DNA of 64,000 nt from Lytechinus pictus (lineage: Eukaryota). The translations under genes and the position numbers were made by a program. Within the stretch, counting starts at the first letter, position 1. The number at the start of each line of letters is the position of its first letter. Of the stretch, positions 1 to 13,200 are shown one piece after another. A model generated the notes under the pieces. The model made no database searches and had not been told where the DNA came from. It saw nothing but the letters and a program-made list of their open reading frames with translations. The stretch lies in the NCBI RefSeq assembly GCF_037042905.1, contig NC_087250.1, positions 4,776,001 through 4,840,000 on the forward strand, given 5' to 3'.

Positions 1-344
1 AATTGTCGTATAATCGGAGCAATTTTCGGCGGAGCAAATATCGGCGGAGCAATTGTCGTATAATCGGAGCAGATGTCGGCGGAGCAATTATCGGCGGAGC
101 AATTGTCGGTGGAGCAATTTTCGGCGGAGCACATGTCGGCGGAGCACATGTCGGCGGAGCAAATATCGGCGGAGCAAATATCGGCGGAGCAAGTGTCGAC
201 GGAGCACATATCGGCGGAGCAAGTGTCGACGGAGCAACTGTCGGCGGACCAATTGTCCGGAGCAATTGTCGGCGGAGCAACTGTCTTATTTTGCGTAGCA
301 ATTGTCGGCGGAGCAGATGTCGGCGGAGCAATTGTCGGGTCACC
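1..344 (+). repeat. 15-bp tandem array (GGAGCAATTGTCGGC), probable right arm of a foldback-type element that starts before the window
   Basis: About 22 degenerate copies ending in ...GTCGGGTCACC. The same unit and a similar terminus form the inverted ends of the small element at 41172-41375. Confidence 0.85.
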
Positions 345-657
345 ATTTAAGCACTATCTAAAGCACTGTGTAGGGAAATTGTGAAGTGTATGTGGAGAAA
401 ACTTAATAAATGATGCAAGTGCGAAGCGCGAGCTGATATTATTATTATTATTTTGACCTAGGATCTGGACATTCTAGGCCTAAGGACATTTTGTCATCAT
501 ATGAAAATGATGACTCTGTTCCTATTCCTCTTCCTAGGCGCGAAATGAAACTTGTCGATATTCCTCTCTGAAAAAGGGACAATTTAGTTATTAGAAATTC
601 ATGAACATTTTATTAATATTTATTAATGTAATAAGCCTAATGAGTGGGTGAAATTTG
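345..657 (+). mobile_element. Left part of an interspersed GCGAGCGCGAAGCGCGAGC-motif repeat (host of the giant element)
   Basis: Aligns by eye to ~32950-33265 (e.g. AAGGACATTTTGTCATCA, TTCCTATTCCTCTTCCTA, CTGAAAAAGGGAC, TAATAAGCCTAATGAG). Confidence 0.85.
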
Positions 658-658
658 A

Positions 659-1207
659 GGGTAAGCCCGCCAGTCATAAGGACCATAAGTCATAATACTA
701 ACTGGTCATAAGGACCGTTAGTCATAACGTGTACAATCCTATACCCAAATGTTCGCTAGTCATAATAGGGACAAAGGGTCACTAGTCATAAGGTCATAAG
801 GACCATGAGTCATAAGGTCCGATTTTCATAATGCAAGGTAAGGGTCGCTATTCATAATGCACGATAAGGGTAAATGATCATAAGGAACGCTAGTCATAAT
901 CAACAATGAGGGTCGGTATTCATAATAATAGATGAGGGTCGCTAGTCATAAAAAGAAAGAGGCTACATTAATCATGAGGGTCGCCAGTCATAATAGGGGA
1001 AGAGGTTCACTAGTCATAATAGTAGATGAGGTTCGCCAGTCATAATAGTAGAAGAGGGTCGCTATTCATGACTGGCCAGTCATAATAGAATAAGGGGTTC
1101 GCCAGTCATAATAGTAGATGAGGGTCGCTAGTCATAATAGTAGAAAGCATTGGCGTACCTAGGATTTTTCACAGGGGGGGCAAAACCGTCCACCAAAAAA
1201 TTTGACA

Positions 1208-1250
<43 letters not shown>

Positions 1251-4200
1251 TCTTCAAGCTCGTCAGGGGGGCATTGAAGGTCTTCAAGCTCGTCAGGGGG
1301 GGCAAAAAAGGTTTTTCAAGCCCGTCAGGGGGGGGCAAAGATACGTTTTTGCATGGGTTGTGACTCGTCAGGGGGGGCAGAGTGCCCCCCCTGCCCCCCC
1401 GTAGGTACGCTAGTGGTAGAAAGGGTTCGCCAGTTATAATAGTAGATGAGGGTCGCTAGTCATAATAGTAGAAAGGGTTCGCCAGTCGTAATAGTAGAAG
1501 GGGTTCGCCAGTCATAATAGTAGAAGGGATTCGCCAGTCATAGTAGAAGGGGTTCGCCAGTCATAATGGTAGATGAGGGTCGCTAGTCATAATAGTAGAG
1601 GGGTTCACCAGTAATAATAGTTGATGAGGGTCGCCAGCCATAATAGTAGAAGGGGTTCGCCAGTTATGATAGTAGAAGGAGTTCGCCAGTCATAATGGTA
1701 GAAGGGGTTCGCTAGTCATAATGGTAGAATGGGTTCGCTATTCATAATAGTAGAAGGGGTTCGCCAGTCATAATAACATATGGGGCTCGCCAGTCATAAT
1801 AATACATGACGGTCGCCAGTCATAATAGAAGAAGGGGTTCGCCAGTCATAATAGTAGATGAGGGTCGCTAGTCATAATAGTAGAAAGGGTTCGCCAGTCA
1901 TAATAGTAGAGGGGGTTCGCCAGTCATAATAGTAGAAGGGGTTCGCCAGTCATAATAACAGATGTGGTTCGCCAGTCATAATAGAAGAAGGGGTTCGCCA
2001 GTCATAATAGTAGATGAGGGTCGCTAGTCATAATAGTAGAAAGGGTTCGCCAGTTATAATAGTAGATGAGGGTCGCTAGTCATAATAGTAGAAAGGGTTC
2101 GCCAGTCATAATAGTAAAAGGGGTTCGCCAGTCATAATAGTAGAAGGGATTCGCCAGTCATAGTAGAAGGGGTTCGCAAGTCATAATGGTAGATGAGGGT
2201 CGCTAGTCATAATAGTAGAGGGGTTCACCAGTAATAATAGTGGATGAGGGTCGCCAGTCATAATAGTAGAAGGGGTTCGCCAGTTATAATAGTAAAAGGA
2301 GTTTGCCAGTCATAATAATACATTTGGGTCGCCAGTCATAATAGTAGAAGGGGTTGGCCTGTCATAATAGAAGATGAGGGTCGCTAGTCATAATAGTAGA
2401 AGGGCTTCGCCAGTCATAATAGTAGGAGGGGTTCACCAGTAATAATAGTGGATGAGGGTCGCCAGTCATAATAGTAGAAGGGGTTCGCCAGTTATAATAG
2501 TAAAAGGAGTTTGCCAGTCATAATGGTAGAAGGGGTTCGTTAGTTATAATGGTAGAAGGGGTTCGCTAGTCATAATAGTAGAAGAGGTTCGCCAGTCATA
2601 ATAACAAATGGGGTTCGCCATTCATAATAATACATGACGGTCGCAAGTCATAATAGAAGAAGGGGTTCGCCAGTCATAATAGTAGATGAGGGTCGCTAGT
2701 CATAATAGTAGAAATAGTTCGCTAGTCATAATAGTAGATGAGGGTCGCTAGTCATAATCGTAGAAAGGGTTCGCCTGTCAAAATAGTAGAAGGGGTTCGC
2801 CAGTCATAATGGTAGAAGGGGTTCGCCAGTCATAATTACAGATTTGGTTCGCCAGTCATAATAGAAGAAGGGGTTCGCAAGTCATTATAGTAGATGAGGG
2901 TCGTTAGTCATAATAGTACAAAGGGTTCGCCAGTTATAATAGTAGATGAGGGTCGCTTGTCATAATAGTGGAAAGGATTCGCCAGTCATAATAGTAGAAG
3001 GGGTTCGCCAGTCAAAATAAAAGAAGGGGTTCGCAAGTTATAATAGTAGATGAGGGTCACTAGTCATAATAGTAGAAATGGTTCGCCAGTTATAATAGTG
3101 GATGAGGGTCGCCAGTCATAATAGTAGAAGGGGTTCGCAAGTCATAATGGTAAAAGGGGCTCGCCAGTCATAATAACAGATGGGGTTTGCCAGTCATAAT
3201 AATACATAACGGTCGCCAGTCATAATAGAAGAAGGGGTTCGCCAGTCATAATAGTAAAAGGGATTCGCCAGTCATAGTAGAAGGGGTTCGCCAGTCATAA
3301 TGGTAGATGAGGGTCGCTATTCATAATAGTAAAGGGGTTCACAAGTGATAATAGTGGATGAGGGTCGCCAGTTATAATAGTAGAAAGGGTTCGCCAGTTA
3401 TAGTAAAAGGAGTTCGCCAGTCATAATGGTAGAAGGGGTTCGTTAGTCATAATGGTAGAAGGGGTTCGCTAGTCATAATAGTAGAAGAGGTTCGCCAGTC
3501 ATAATAACAAATGGGGTTGGTCAGTCAAAATAATACATGAGGGTCGCCAGTCATAATAGTAGAAGGGGTTGGCCTGTCATAATAGAAGATGAGGGTCGCT
3601 AGTCATAATAGTAGAAAGGGTTCGCCAGTCATAATAGTAAAAGGGGTTCGCCAGTCATAATAGTAGAAGGGATTCGCCAGTCATAGTAGAAGGGGTTCGC
3701 AAGTCATAATGGTAGATGAGGGTCGCTAGTCATAATAGTAGAGGGGTTCACCAGTAATAATAGTGGATGAGGGTCGCCAGTCATAATAGTAGAAGGGGTT
3801 CGCCAGTTATAATAGTAAAAGGAGTTTGCCAGTCATAATGGTAGAAGGGGTTCGTTAGTTATAATGGTAGAAGGGGTTCGCTAGTCATAATAGTAGAAGA
3901 GGTTCGCCAGTCATAATAACAAATGGGGTTCGCCAGTCATAATAATACATTTGGGTCGCCAGTCATAATAGTAGAAGGGGTTGGCCTGTCATAATAGAAG
4001 ATGAGGGTCGCTAGTCATAATAGTAGAAGGGGTTCGCCAGTCATAATAGTAGGAGGGGTTCACCAGTAATAATAGTGGATGAGGGTCGCCAGTCATAATA
4101 GTAGAAGGGGTTCGCCAGTCATAATAGTAAAAGGAGTTTGCCAGTCATAATGGTAGAAGGGGTTCGTTAGTTATAATGGTAGAAGGGGTTCGCTAGTCAT

Positions 4201-7200
4201 AATAGTAGAAGAGGTTCGCCAGTCATAATAACAAATGGGGTTCGCCATTCATAATAATACATGACGGTCGCAAGTCATAATAGAAGAAGGGGTTCGCCAG
4301 TCATAATAGTAGATGAGGGTCGCTAGTCATAATAGTAGAAATAGTTCGCTAGTCATAATAGTAGATGAGGGTCGCTAGTCATAATCGTAGAAAGGGTTCG
4401 CCTGTCATAATAGTAGAAGGGGTTCGCCAGTCATAATGGTAGAAGGGGTTCGCCAGTCATAATTACAGATTTGGTTCGCCAGTCATAATAGAAGAAGGGG
4501 TTCGCAAGTCATTATAGTAGATGAGGGTCGTTAGTCATAATAGTAGAAAGGGTTCGCCAGTTATAATAGTAGATGAGGGTCGCTTGTCATAATAGTGGAA
4601 AGGATTCGCCAGTCATAATAGTAGAAGGGGTTCGCCATTCAAAATAAAAGAAGGGGTTCGCAAGTTATAATAGTAGATGAGGGTCACTAGTCATAATAGT
4701 AGAAATGGTTCGCCAGTTATAATAGTGGATGAGGGTCGCCAGTCATAATAGTAGAAGGGGTTCGCAAGTCATAATGGTAAAAGGGACTCGCCAGTCATAA
4801 TAACAGATGGGGTTTGCCAGTCATAATAATACATAACGGTCGCCAGTCATAATAGAAGAAGGGGTTCGCCAGTCATAATAGTAAAAGGGATTCGCCAGTC
4901 ATAGTAGAAGGGGTTCGCCAGTCATAATGGTAGATGAGGGTCGCTAGTCATAATAGTAAAGGGGTTCACAAGTGATAATAGTGGATGAGGGTCGCCAGTT
5001 ATAATAGTAGAAAGGGTTCGCCAGTTATAGTAAAAGGAGTTCGCCAGTCATAATGGTAGAAGGGGTTCGTTAGTCATAATGGTAGAAGGGGTTCGCTAGT
5101 CATAATAGTAGAAGAGGTTCGCCAGTCATAATAACAAATGGGGTTGGTCAGTCAAAATAATACATGAGGGTCGCCAGTCATAATAGTAGAAGGGGTTGGC
5201 CTGTCATAATAGAAGATGAGGGTCGCTAGTCATAATAGTAGAAAGGGTTCGCCAGTCATAATAGTAAAAGGGGTTCGCCAGTCATAATAGTAGAAGGGAT
5301 TCGCCAGTCATAGTAGAAGGGGTTCGCAAGTCATAATGGTAGATGAGGGTCGCTAGTCATAATAGTAGAGGGGTTCACCAGTAATAATAGTGGATGAGGG
5401 TCGCCAGTCATAATAGTAGAAGGGGTTCGCCAGTTATAATAGTAAAAGGAGTTTGCCAGTCATAATGGTAGAAGGGGTTCGTTAGTTATAATGGTAGAAG
5501 GGGTTCGCTAGTCATAATAGTAGAAGAGGTTCGCCAGTCATAATAACAAATGGGGTTCGCCAGTCATAATAATACATTTGGGTCGCCAGTCATAATAGTA
5601 GAAGGGGTTGGCCTGTCATAATAGAAGATGAGGGTCGCTAGTCATAATAGTAGAAGGGGTTCGCCAGTCATAATAGTAGGAGGGGTTCACCAGTAATAAT
5701 AGTGGATGAGGGTCGCCAGTCATAATAGTAGAAGGGGTTCGCCAGTCATAATAGTAAAAGGAGTTTGCCAGTCATAATGGTAGAAGGGGTTCGTTAGTTA
5801 TAATGGTAGAAGGGGTTCGCTAGTCATAATAGTAGAAGAGGTTCGCCAGTCATAATAACAAATGGGGTTCGCCATTCATAATAATACATGACGGTCGCAA
5901 GTCATAATAGAAGAAGGGGTTCGCCAGTCATAATAGTAGATGAGGGTCGCTAGTCATAATAGTAGAAATAGTTCGCTAGTCATAATAGTAGATGAGGGTC
6001 GCTAGTCATAATCGTAGAAAGGGTTCGCCTGTCATAATAGTAGAAGGGGTTCGCCAGTCATAATGGTAGAAGGGGTTCGCCAGTCATAATTACAGATTTG
6101 GTTCGCCAGTCATAATAGAAGAAGGGGTTCGCAAGTCATTATAGTAGATGAGGGTCGTTAGTCATAATAGTAGAAAGGGTTCGCCAGTTATAATAGTAGA
6201 TGAGGGTCGCTTGTCATAATAGTGGAAAGGATTCGCCAGTCATAATAGTAGAAGGGGTTCGCCATTCAAAATAAAAGAAGGGGTTCGCAAGTTATAATAG
6301 TAGATGAGGGTCACTAGTCATAATAGTAGAAATGGTTCGCCATTTATAATAGTGGATGAGGGTCGCCAGTCATAATAGTAGAAGTGGTTCGCAAGTCATA
6401 ATGGTAAAAGGGACTCGCCAGTCATAATAACAGATGGGGTTTGCCAGTCATAATAATACATAACGGTCGCCAGTCATAATAGAAGAAGGGGTTCGCCAGT
6501 CATAATAGTAAAAGGGATTCGCCAGTCATAGTAGAAGGGGTTCGCCAGTCATAATGGTAGATGAGGGTCGCTAGTCATAATAGTAAAGGGGTTCACAAGT
6601 GATAATAGTGGATGAGGGTCGCCAGTTATAATAGTAGAAAGGGTTCGCCAGTTATAGTAAAAGGAGTTCGCCAGTCATAATGGTAGAAGGGGTTCGTTAG
6701 TCATAATGGTAGAAGGGGTTCGCTAGTCATAATAGTAGAAGAGGTTCGCCAGTCATAATAACAAATGGGGTTGGTCAGTCAAAATAATACATGAGGGTCG
6801 CCAGTCATAATAGCAGAAGGGGTTGGCCTGTCATAATAGAAGATGAGGGTCGCTAGTCATAATAGTAGAAGGGGTTCGCCAGTCATAATAGTAGATGACG
6901 GTCGCTAGTCATAACAGTAGAAGGGATTCGCCAGTCATAATTGTAGAAGGGGGTTCGCCAGTCATAATAGTAGAAGGGGTTCGCCAGTCATAATAGCATA
7001 TGGGGTTCGCCATTCATAATAATACATGACGGTCGCCAATCATAATAGAAGAAGGGGTTCGCCAGTCATAATAGTAGATGAGGGTCGCTAGTCATAATAG
7101 TAGAAAGAGTTCGCCAGTCATTATAGTAGATGAGGGTCGCTAGTCATAATAGTAAAAAGGGTTCGCCAGTCATAATAGTAGAAGGGGTTTGCCAGTCATA

Positions 7201-10200
7201 ATGGTAGAAGGGGTTCGCCAGTCATAATAACAGATGTGGTTCTCCAGTCATAATAGAAGAAGGGGTTCCCCAGTCATTATAGTAGATGAGGGTCGTTAGT
7301 CATAATAGTAGAAAGGGTTCGCCAGTTATAATAGTAGATGAGGGTCGCTTTTCATAATAGTAGAAAGGATTCACCAGTCATAATAGTAGAAGGGGTTCGC
7401 CAGTCAAAATAGAAGAAGGGGTTCGCAAGTTATAATAGTAGATGAGGGTCGCTATTCATAATAGTATAAATGGTTCGCCAGTTATAATAGTGGATGAGGG
7501 TCGCCAGTCATAATAGTAGAAGGGATTCGCAAGTCATAATGGTAAAAGGGGCTCGCCAGTCATAATAACAAATGGGGTTTGCCAGTCATAATAATACATA
7601 ACGGTCGCCAGTCAGAATAGAAGAAGGGGTTCGCCAGTCATAATAGTAGATGAGGGTCGCTAGTCATAATAGTAGAAAGGGTTCGCGAGTCATAATAACA
7701 AATGGGGATCGCCAGTCATAATAATACATGAGGGTCGCCAGTCATAATAGTAGCAGGGGTTCGCCTGTCATAATAGAAGATGAGGGTCGCTAGTCATAAT
7801 AGTAGAAGGGGTTCGCCAGTCATAATAGTAGATGACGGTCGCTAGTCATAACAGTAGAAGGGGGTCGCCAGTCATAATAGAAGAAGGGGTTCGCCAGTCA
7901 TAATAGTAGATGAGGGTGGCTAGTCATAATAGTAGAAAGAGTTCGCCAGTCATAATAGTAGATGAGGGTCGCTAGTCATAATAGTAGAAATTGTTCGCCA
8001 GTCATAATAGTAGAAGGGGTTCGCCAGTCATAATGGTGAAAGGGGTTCGTCAGTCATAATAACATATGTGGTTCGCCAGTCATAATAGAAGAAGGGGTTC
8101 GCCAGTTATAATAGTAGATGAGGGTCGCTAGTCATAAGAGTAGATGAGGGTCGCTAGTCATAATAGTTGATGAGGGTCGCCAGCCATAATAGTAGAAGGG
8201 GTTCGCCAGTTATGATAGTAGAAGGAGTTCGCCAGTCATAATGGTAGAAGTTGTTCGCTAGTCATAATGGTAGAAGGGGTTCGCTATTCATAATAGTAGA
8301 AGGGGTTCGCCAGTCATAATAACATATGGGGCTCGCCAGTCATAATAATACATGACGGTCGCCAGTCATAATAGAAGAAGGGGTTCGCCAGTCATGATAG
8401 TAGATAAGGGTCGCTAGTCATAATAGTAGAAAGGGCTCGCCAGTCATAATAGTAGAGGGGGTTCGCCAGTCATAATGGTAGAAGGGGTTCGCCAGTCATA
8501 ATAACAGATGTGGTTCGCCAGTCATAATAGAAGAAGGGGTTCGCCAGTCATAATAGTAGATGAGGGTCGCTAGTCATAATAGTAGAAAGGGTTCGCCAGT
8601 TATAATAGTAGATGAGGGTCGCTAGTCATAATAGTAGAAAGGGTTCGCCAGTCATAATAGTAAAAGGGGTTCGCCAGTCATAATAGTAGAAGGGATTCGC
8701 CAGTCATAGTAGAAGGGGTTCGCAAGTCATAATGGTAGATGAGGGTCTCTAGTCATAATAGTAGAGGGGTTCAACAGTAATAATAGTGGATGAGGGTCGC
8801 CAGTCATAATAGTAGAAGGGGTTCGCCAGTTATAATAGTAAAAGGAGTTTGCCAGTCATAATGGTAGAAGGGGTTCGTTAGTTATAATGGTAGAAGGGGT
8901 TCGCTAGTCATAATAGTAGAAGAGGTTCGCCAGTCATAATAACAAATGGGGTTCGCCAGTCATAATAATACATTTGGGTCGCCAGTCATAATAGTAGAAG
9001 GGGTTGGCCTGTCATAATAGAAGATGAGGGTCGCTAGTCATAATAGTAGAAGGGGTTCGCCAGTCATAATAGTAGAAGGGGTTCGCCAGTCATAATAACA
9101 TATGGGGTTCGCCATTCATAATAATACATGACGGTCGCAAGTCATAATAGAAGAAGGGGTTCGCCAGTCATAATAGTAGATGAGGGTCGCTAGTCATAAT
9201 AGTAGAAAGAGTTCGCTAGTCATAATAGTAGATGAGGGTCGCTAGTCATAATAGTAGAAAGGGTTCGCCTGTCATAATAGTAGAAGGGGTTCGCCAGTCA
9301 TAATAGTAAAAGGAGTTTGCCAGTCATAATGGTAGAAGGGGTTCGTTAGTTATAATGGTAGAAGGGGTTCGCTAGTCATAATAGTAGAAGAGGTTCGCCA
9401 GTCATAATAACAAATGGGGTTCGCCATTCATAATAATACATGACGGTCGCAAGTCATAATAGAAGAAGGGGTTCGCCAGTCATAATAGTAGATGAGGGTC
9501 GCTAGTCATAATAGTAGAAATAGTTCGCTAGTCATAATAGTAGATGAGGGTCGCTAGTCATAATCGTAGAAAGGGTTCGCCTGTCATAATAGTAGAAGGG
9601 GTTCGCCAGTCATAATGGTAGAAGGGGTTCGCCAGTCATAATTACAGATTTGGTTCGCCAGTCATAATAGAAGAAGGGGTTCGCAAGTCATTATAGTAGA
9701 TGAGGGTCGTTAGTCATAATAGTAGAAAGGGTTCGCCAGTTATAATAGTAGATGAGGGTCGCTTGTCATAATAGTGGAAAGGATTCGCCAGTCATAATAG
9801 TAGAAGGGGTTCGCCATTCAAAATAAAAGAAGGGGTTCGCAAGTTATAATAGTAGATGAGGGTCACTAGTCATAATAGTAGAAATGGTTCGCCAGTTATA
9901 ATAGTGGATGAGGGTCGCCAGTCATAATAGTAGAAGGGGTTCGCAAGTCATAATGGTAAAAGGGACTCGCCAGTCATAATAACAGATGGGGTTTGCCAGT
10001 CATAATAATACATAACGGTCGCCAGTCATAATAGAAGAAGGGGTTCGCCAGTCATAATAGTAAAAGGGATTCGCCAGTCATAGTAGAAGGGGTTCGCCAG
10101 TCATAATGGTAGATGAGGGTCGCTAGTCATAATAGTAAAGGGGTTCACAAGTGATAATAGTGGATGAGGGTCGCCAGTTATAATAGTAGAAAGGGTTCGC

Positions 10201-13200
10201 CAGTTATATTAAAAGGAGTTCGCCAGTCATAATGGTAGAAGGGGTTCGTTAGTCATAATGGTAGAAGGGGTTCGCTAGTCATAATAGTAGAAGAGGTTCG
10301 CCAGTCATAATAACAAATGGGGTTGGTCAGTCAAAATAATACATGAGGGTCGCCAGTCATAATAGTAGAAGGGGTTGGCCTGTCATAATAGAAGATGAGG
10401 GTCGCTAGTCATAATAGTAGAAGGGGTTCGCCAGTCATAATAGTAGATGACGGTCGCTAGTCATAACAGTAGAAGGGATTCGCCAGTCATAATTGTAGAA
10501 GGGGGTTCGCCAGTCATAATAGTAGAAGGGGTTCGCCAGTCATAATAGCATATGGGGTTCGCCATTCATAATAATACATGACGGTCGCCAATCATAATAG
10601 AAGAAGGGGTTCGCCAGTCATAATAGTAGATGAGGGTCGCTAGTCATAATAGTAGAAAGAGTTCGCCAGTCATTATAGTAGATGAGGGTCGCTAGTCATA
10701 ATAGTAAAAAGGGTTCGCCAGTCATAATAGTAGAAGGGGTTTGCCAGTCATAATGGTAGAAGGGGTTCGCCAGTCATAATAACAGATGTGGTTCTCCAGT
10801 CATAATAGAAGAAGGGGTTCCCCAGTCATTATAGTAGATGAGGGTCGTTAGTCATAATAGTAGAAAGGGTTCGCCAGTTATAATAGTAGATGAGGGTCGC
10901 TTTCCATAATAGTAGAAAGGATTCACCAGTCATAATAGTAGAAGGGGTTCGCCAGTCAAAATAGAAGAAGGGGTTCGCAAGTTATAATAGTAGATGAGGG
11001 TCGCTATTCATAATAGTATAAATGGTTCGCCAGTTATAATAGTGGATGAGGGTCGCCAGTCATAATAGTAGAAGGGATTCGCAAGTCATAATGGTAAAAG
11101 GGGCTCGCCAGTCATAATAACAAATGGGGTTTGCCAGTCATAATAATACATAACGGTCGCCAGTCAGAATAGAAGAAGGGGTTCGCCAGTCATAATAGTA
11201 GATGAGGGTCGCTAGTCATAATAGTAGAAAGGGTTCGCCAGTCATAATAACAAATGGGGATCGCCAGTCATAATAATACATGAGGGTCGCCAGTCATAAT
11301 AGTAGCAGGGGTTCGCCTGTCATAATAGAAGATGAGGGTCGCTAGTCATAATAGTAGAAGGGGTTCGCCAGTCATAATAGTAGATGACGGTCGCTAGTCA
11401 TAACAGTAGAAGGGGGTCGCCAGTCATAATAGAAGAAGGGGTTCGCCAGTCATAATAGTAGATGAGGGTGGCTAGTCATAATAGTAGAAAGAGTTCGCCA
11501 GTCATAATAGTAGATGAGGGTCGCTAGTCATAATAGTAGAAATTGTTCGCCAGTCATAATAGTAGAAGGGGTTCGCCAGTCATAATGGTGAAAGGGGTTC
11601 GTCAGTCATAATAACATATGTGGTTCGCCAGTCATAATAGAAGAAGGGGTTCGCCAGTTATAATAGTAGATGAGGGTCGCTAGTCATAAGAGTAGATGAG
11701 GGTCGCTAGTCATAATAGTTTATGAGGGTCGCCAGCCATAATAGTAGAAGGGGTTCGCCAGTTATGATAGTAGAAGGAGTTCGCCAGTCATAATGGTAGA
11801 AGTTGTTCGCTAGTCATAATGGTAGAAGGGGTTCGCTATTCATAATAGTAGAAGGGGTTCGCCAGTCATAATAACATATGGGGCTCGCCAGTCATAATAA
11901 TACATGACGGTCGCCAGTCATAATAGAAGAAGGGGTTCGCCAGTCATGATAGTAGATAAGGGTCGCTAGTCATAATAGTAGAAAGGGCTCGCCAGTCATA
12001 ATAGTAGAGGGGGTTCGCCAGTCATAATGGTAGAAGGGGTTCGCCAGTCATAATAACAGATGTGGTTCGCCAGTCATAATAGAAGAAGGGGTTCGCCAGT
12101 CATAATAGTAGATGAGGGTCGCTAGTCATAATAGTAGAAAGGGTTCGCCAGTTATAATAGTAGATGAGGGTCGCTAGTCATAATAGTAGAAAGGGTTCGC
12201 CAGTCATAATAGTAAAAGGGGTTCGCCAGTCATAATAGTAGAAGGGATTCGCCAGTCATAGTAGAAGGGGTTCGCAAGTCATAATGGTAGATGAGGGTCT
12301 CTAGTCATAATAGTAGAGGGGTTCAACAGTAATAATAGTGGATGAGGGTCGCCAGTCATAATAGTAGAAGGGGTTCGCCAGTTATAATAGTAAAAGGAGT
12401 TTGCCAGTCATAATGGTAGAAGGGGTTCGTTAGTTATAATGGTAGAAGGGGTTCGCTAGTCATAATAGTAGAAGAGGTTCGCCAGTCATAATAACAAATG
12501 GGGTTCGCCAGTCATAATAATACATTTGGGTCGCCAGTCATAATAGTAGAAGGGGTTGGCCTGTCATAATAGAAGATGAGGGTCGCTAGTCATAATAGTA
12601 GAAGGGGTTCGCCAGTCATAATAGTAGAAGGGGTTCGCCAGTCATAATAACATATGGGGTTCGCCATTCATAATAATACATGACGGTCGCAAGTCATAAT
12701 AGAAGAAGGGGTTCGCCAGTCATAATAGTAGATGAGGGTCGCTAGTCATAATAGTAGAAAGAGTTCGCTAGTCATAATAGTAGATGAGGGTCGCTAGTCA
12801 TAATAGTAGAAAGGGTTCGCCTGTCATAATAGTAGAAGGGGTTCGCCAGTCATAATAGTAAAAGGAGTTTGCCAGTCATAATGGTAGAAGGGGTTCGTTA
12901 GTTATAATGGTAGAAGGGGTTCGCTAGTCATAATAGTAGAAGAGGTTCGCCAGTCATAATAACAAATGGGGTTCGCCATTCATAATAATACATGACGGTC
13001 GCAAGTCATAATAGAAGAAGGGGTTCGCCAGTCATAATAGTAGATGAGGGTCGCTAGTCATAATAGTAGAAATAGTTCGCTAGTCATAATAGTAGATGAG
13101 GGTCGCTAGTCATAATCGTAGAAAGGGTTCGCCTGTCATAATAGTAGAAGGGGTTCGCCAGTCATAATGGTAGAAGGGGTTCGCCAGTCATAATTACAGA

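Noticed and set aside
3..384. Protamine-like or pentapeptide-repeat ORFs
   Set aside because: All three frames are open only because of a 15-bp tandem repeat.
1150..1404. 84-aa poly-Lys ORF
   Set aside because: Lies inside a MITE; the lysines come from the poly-A run.
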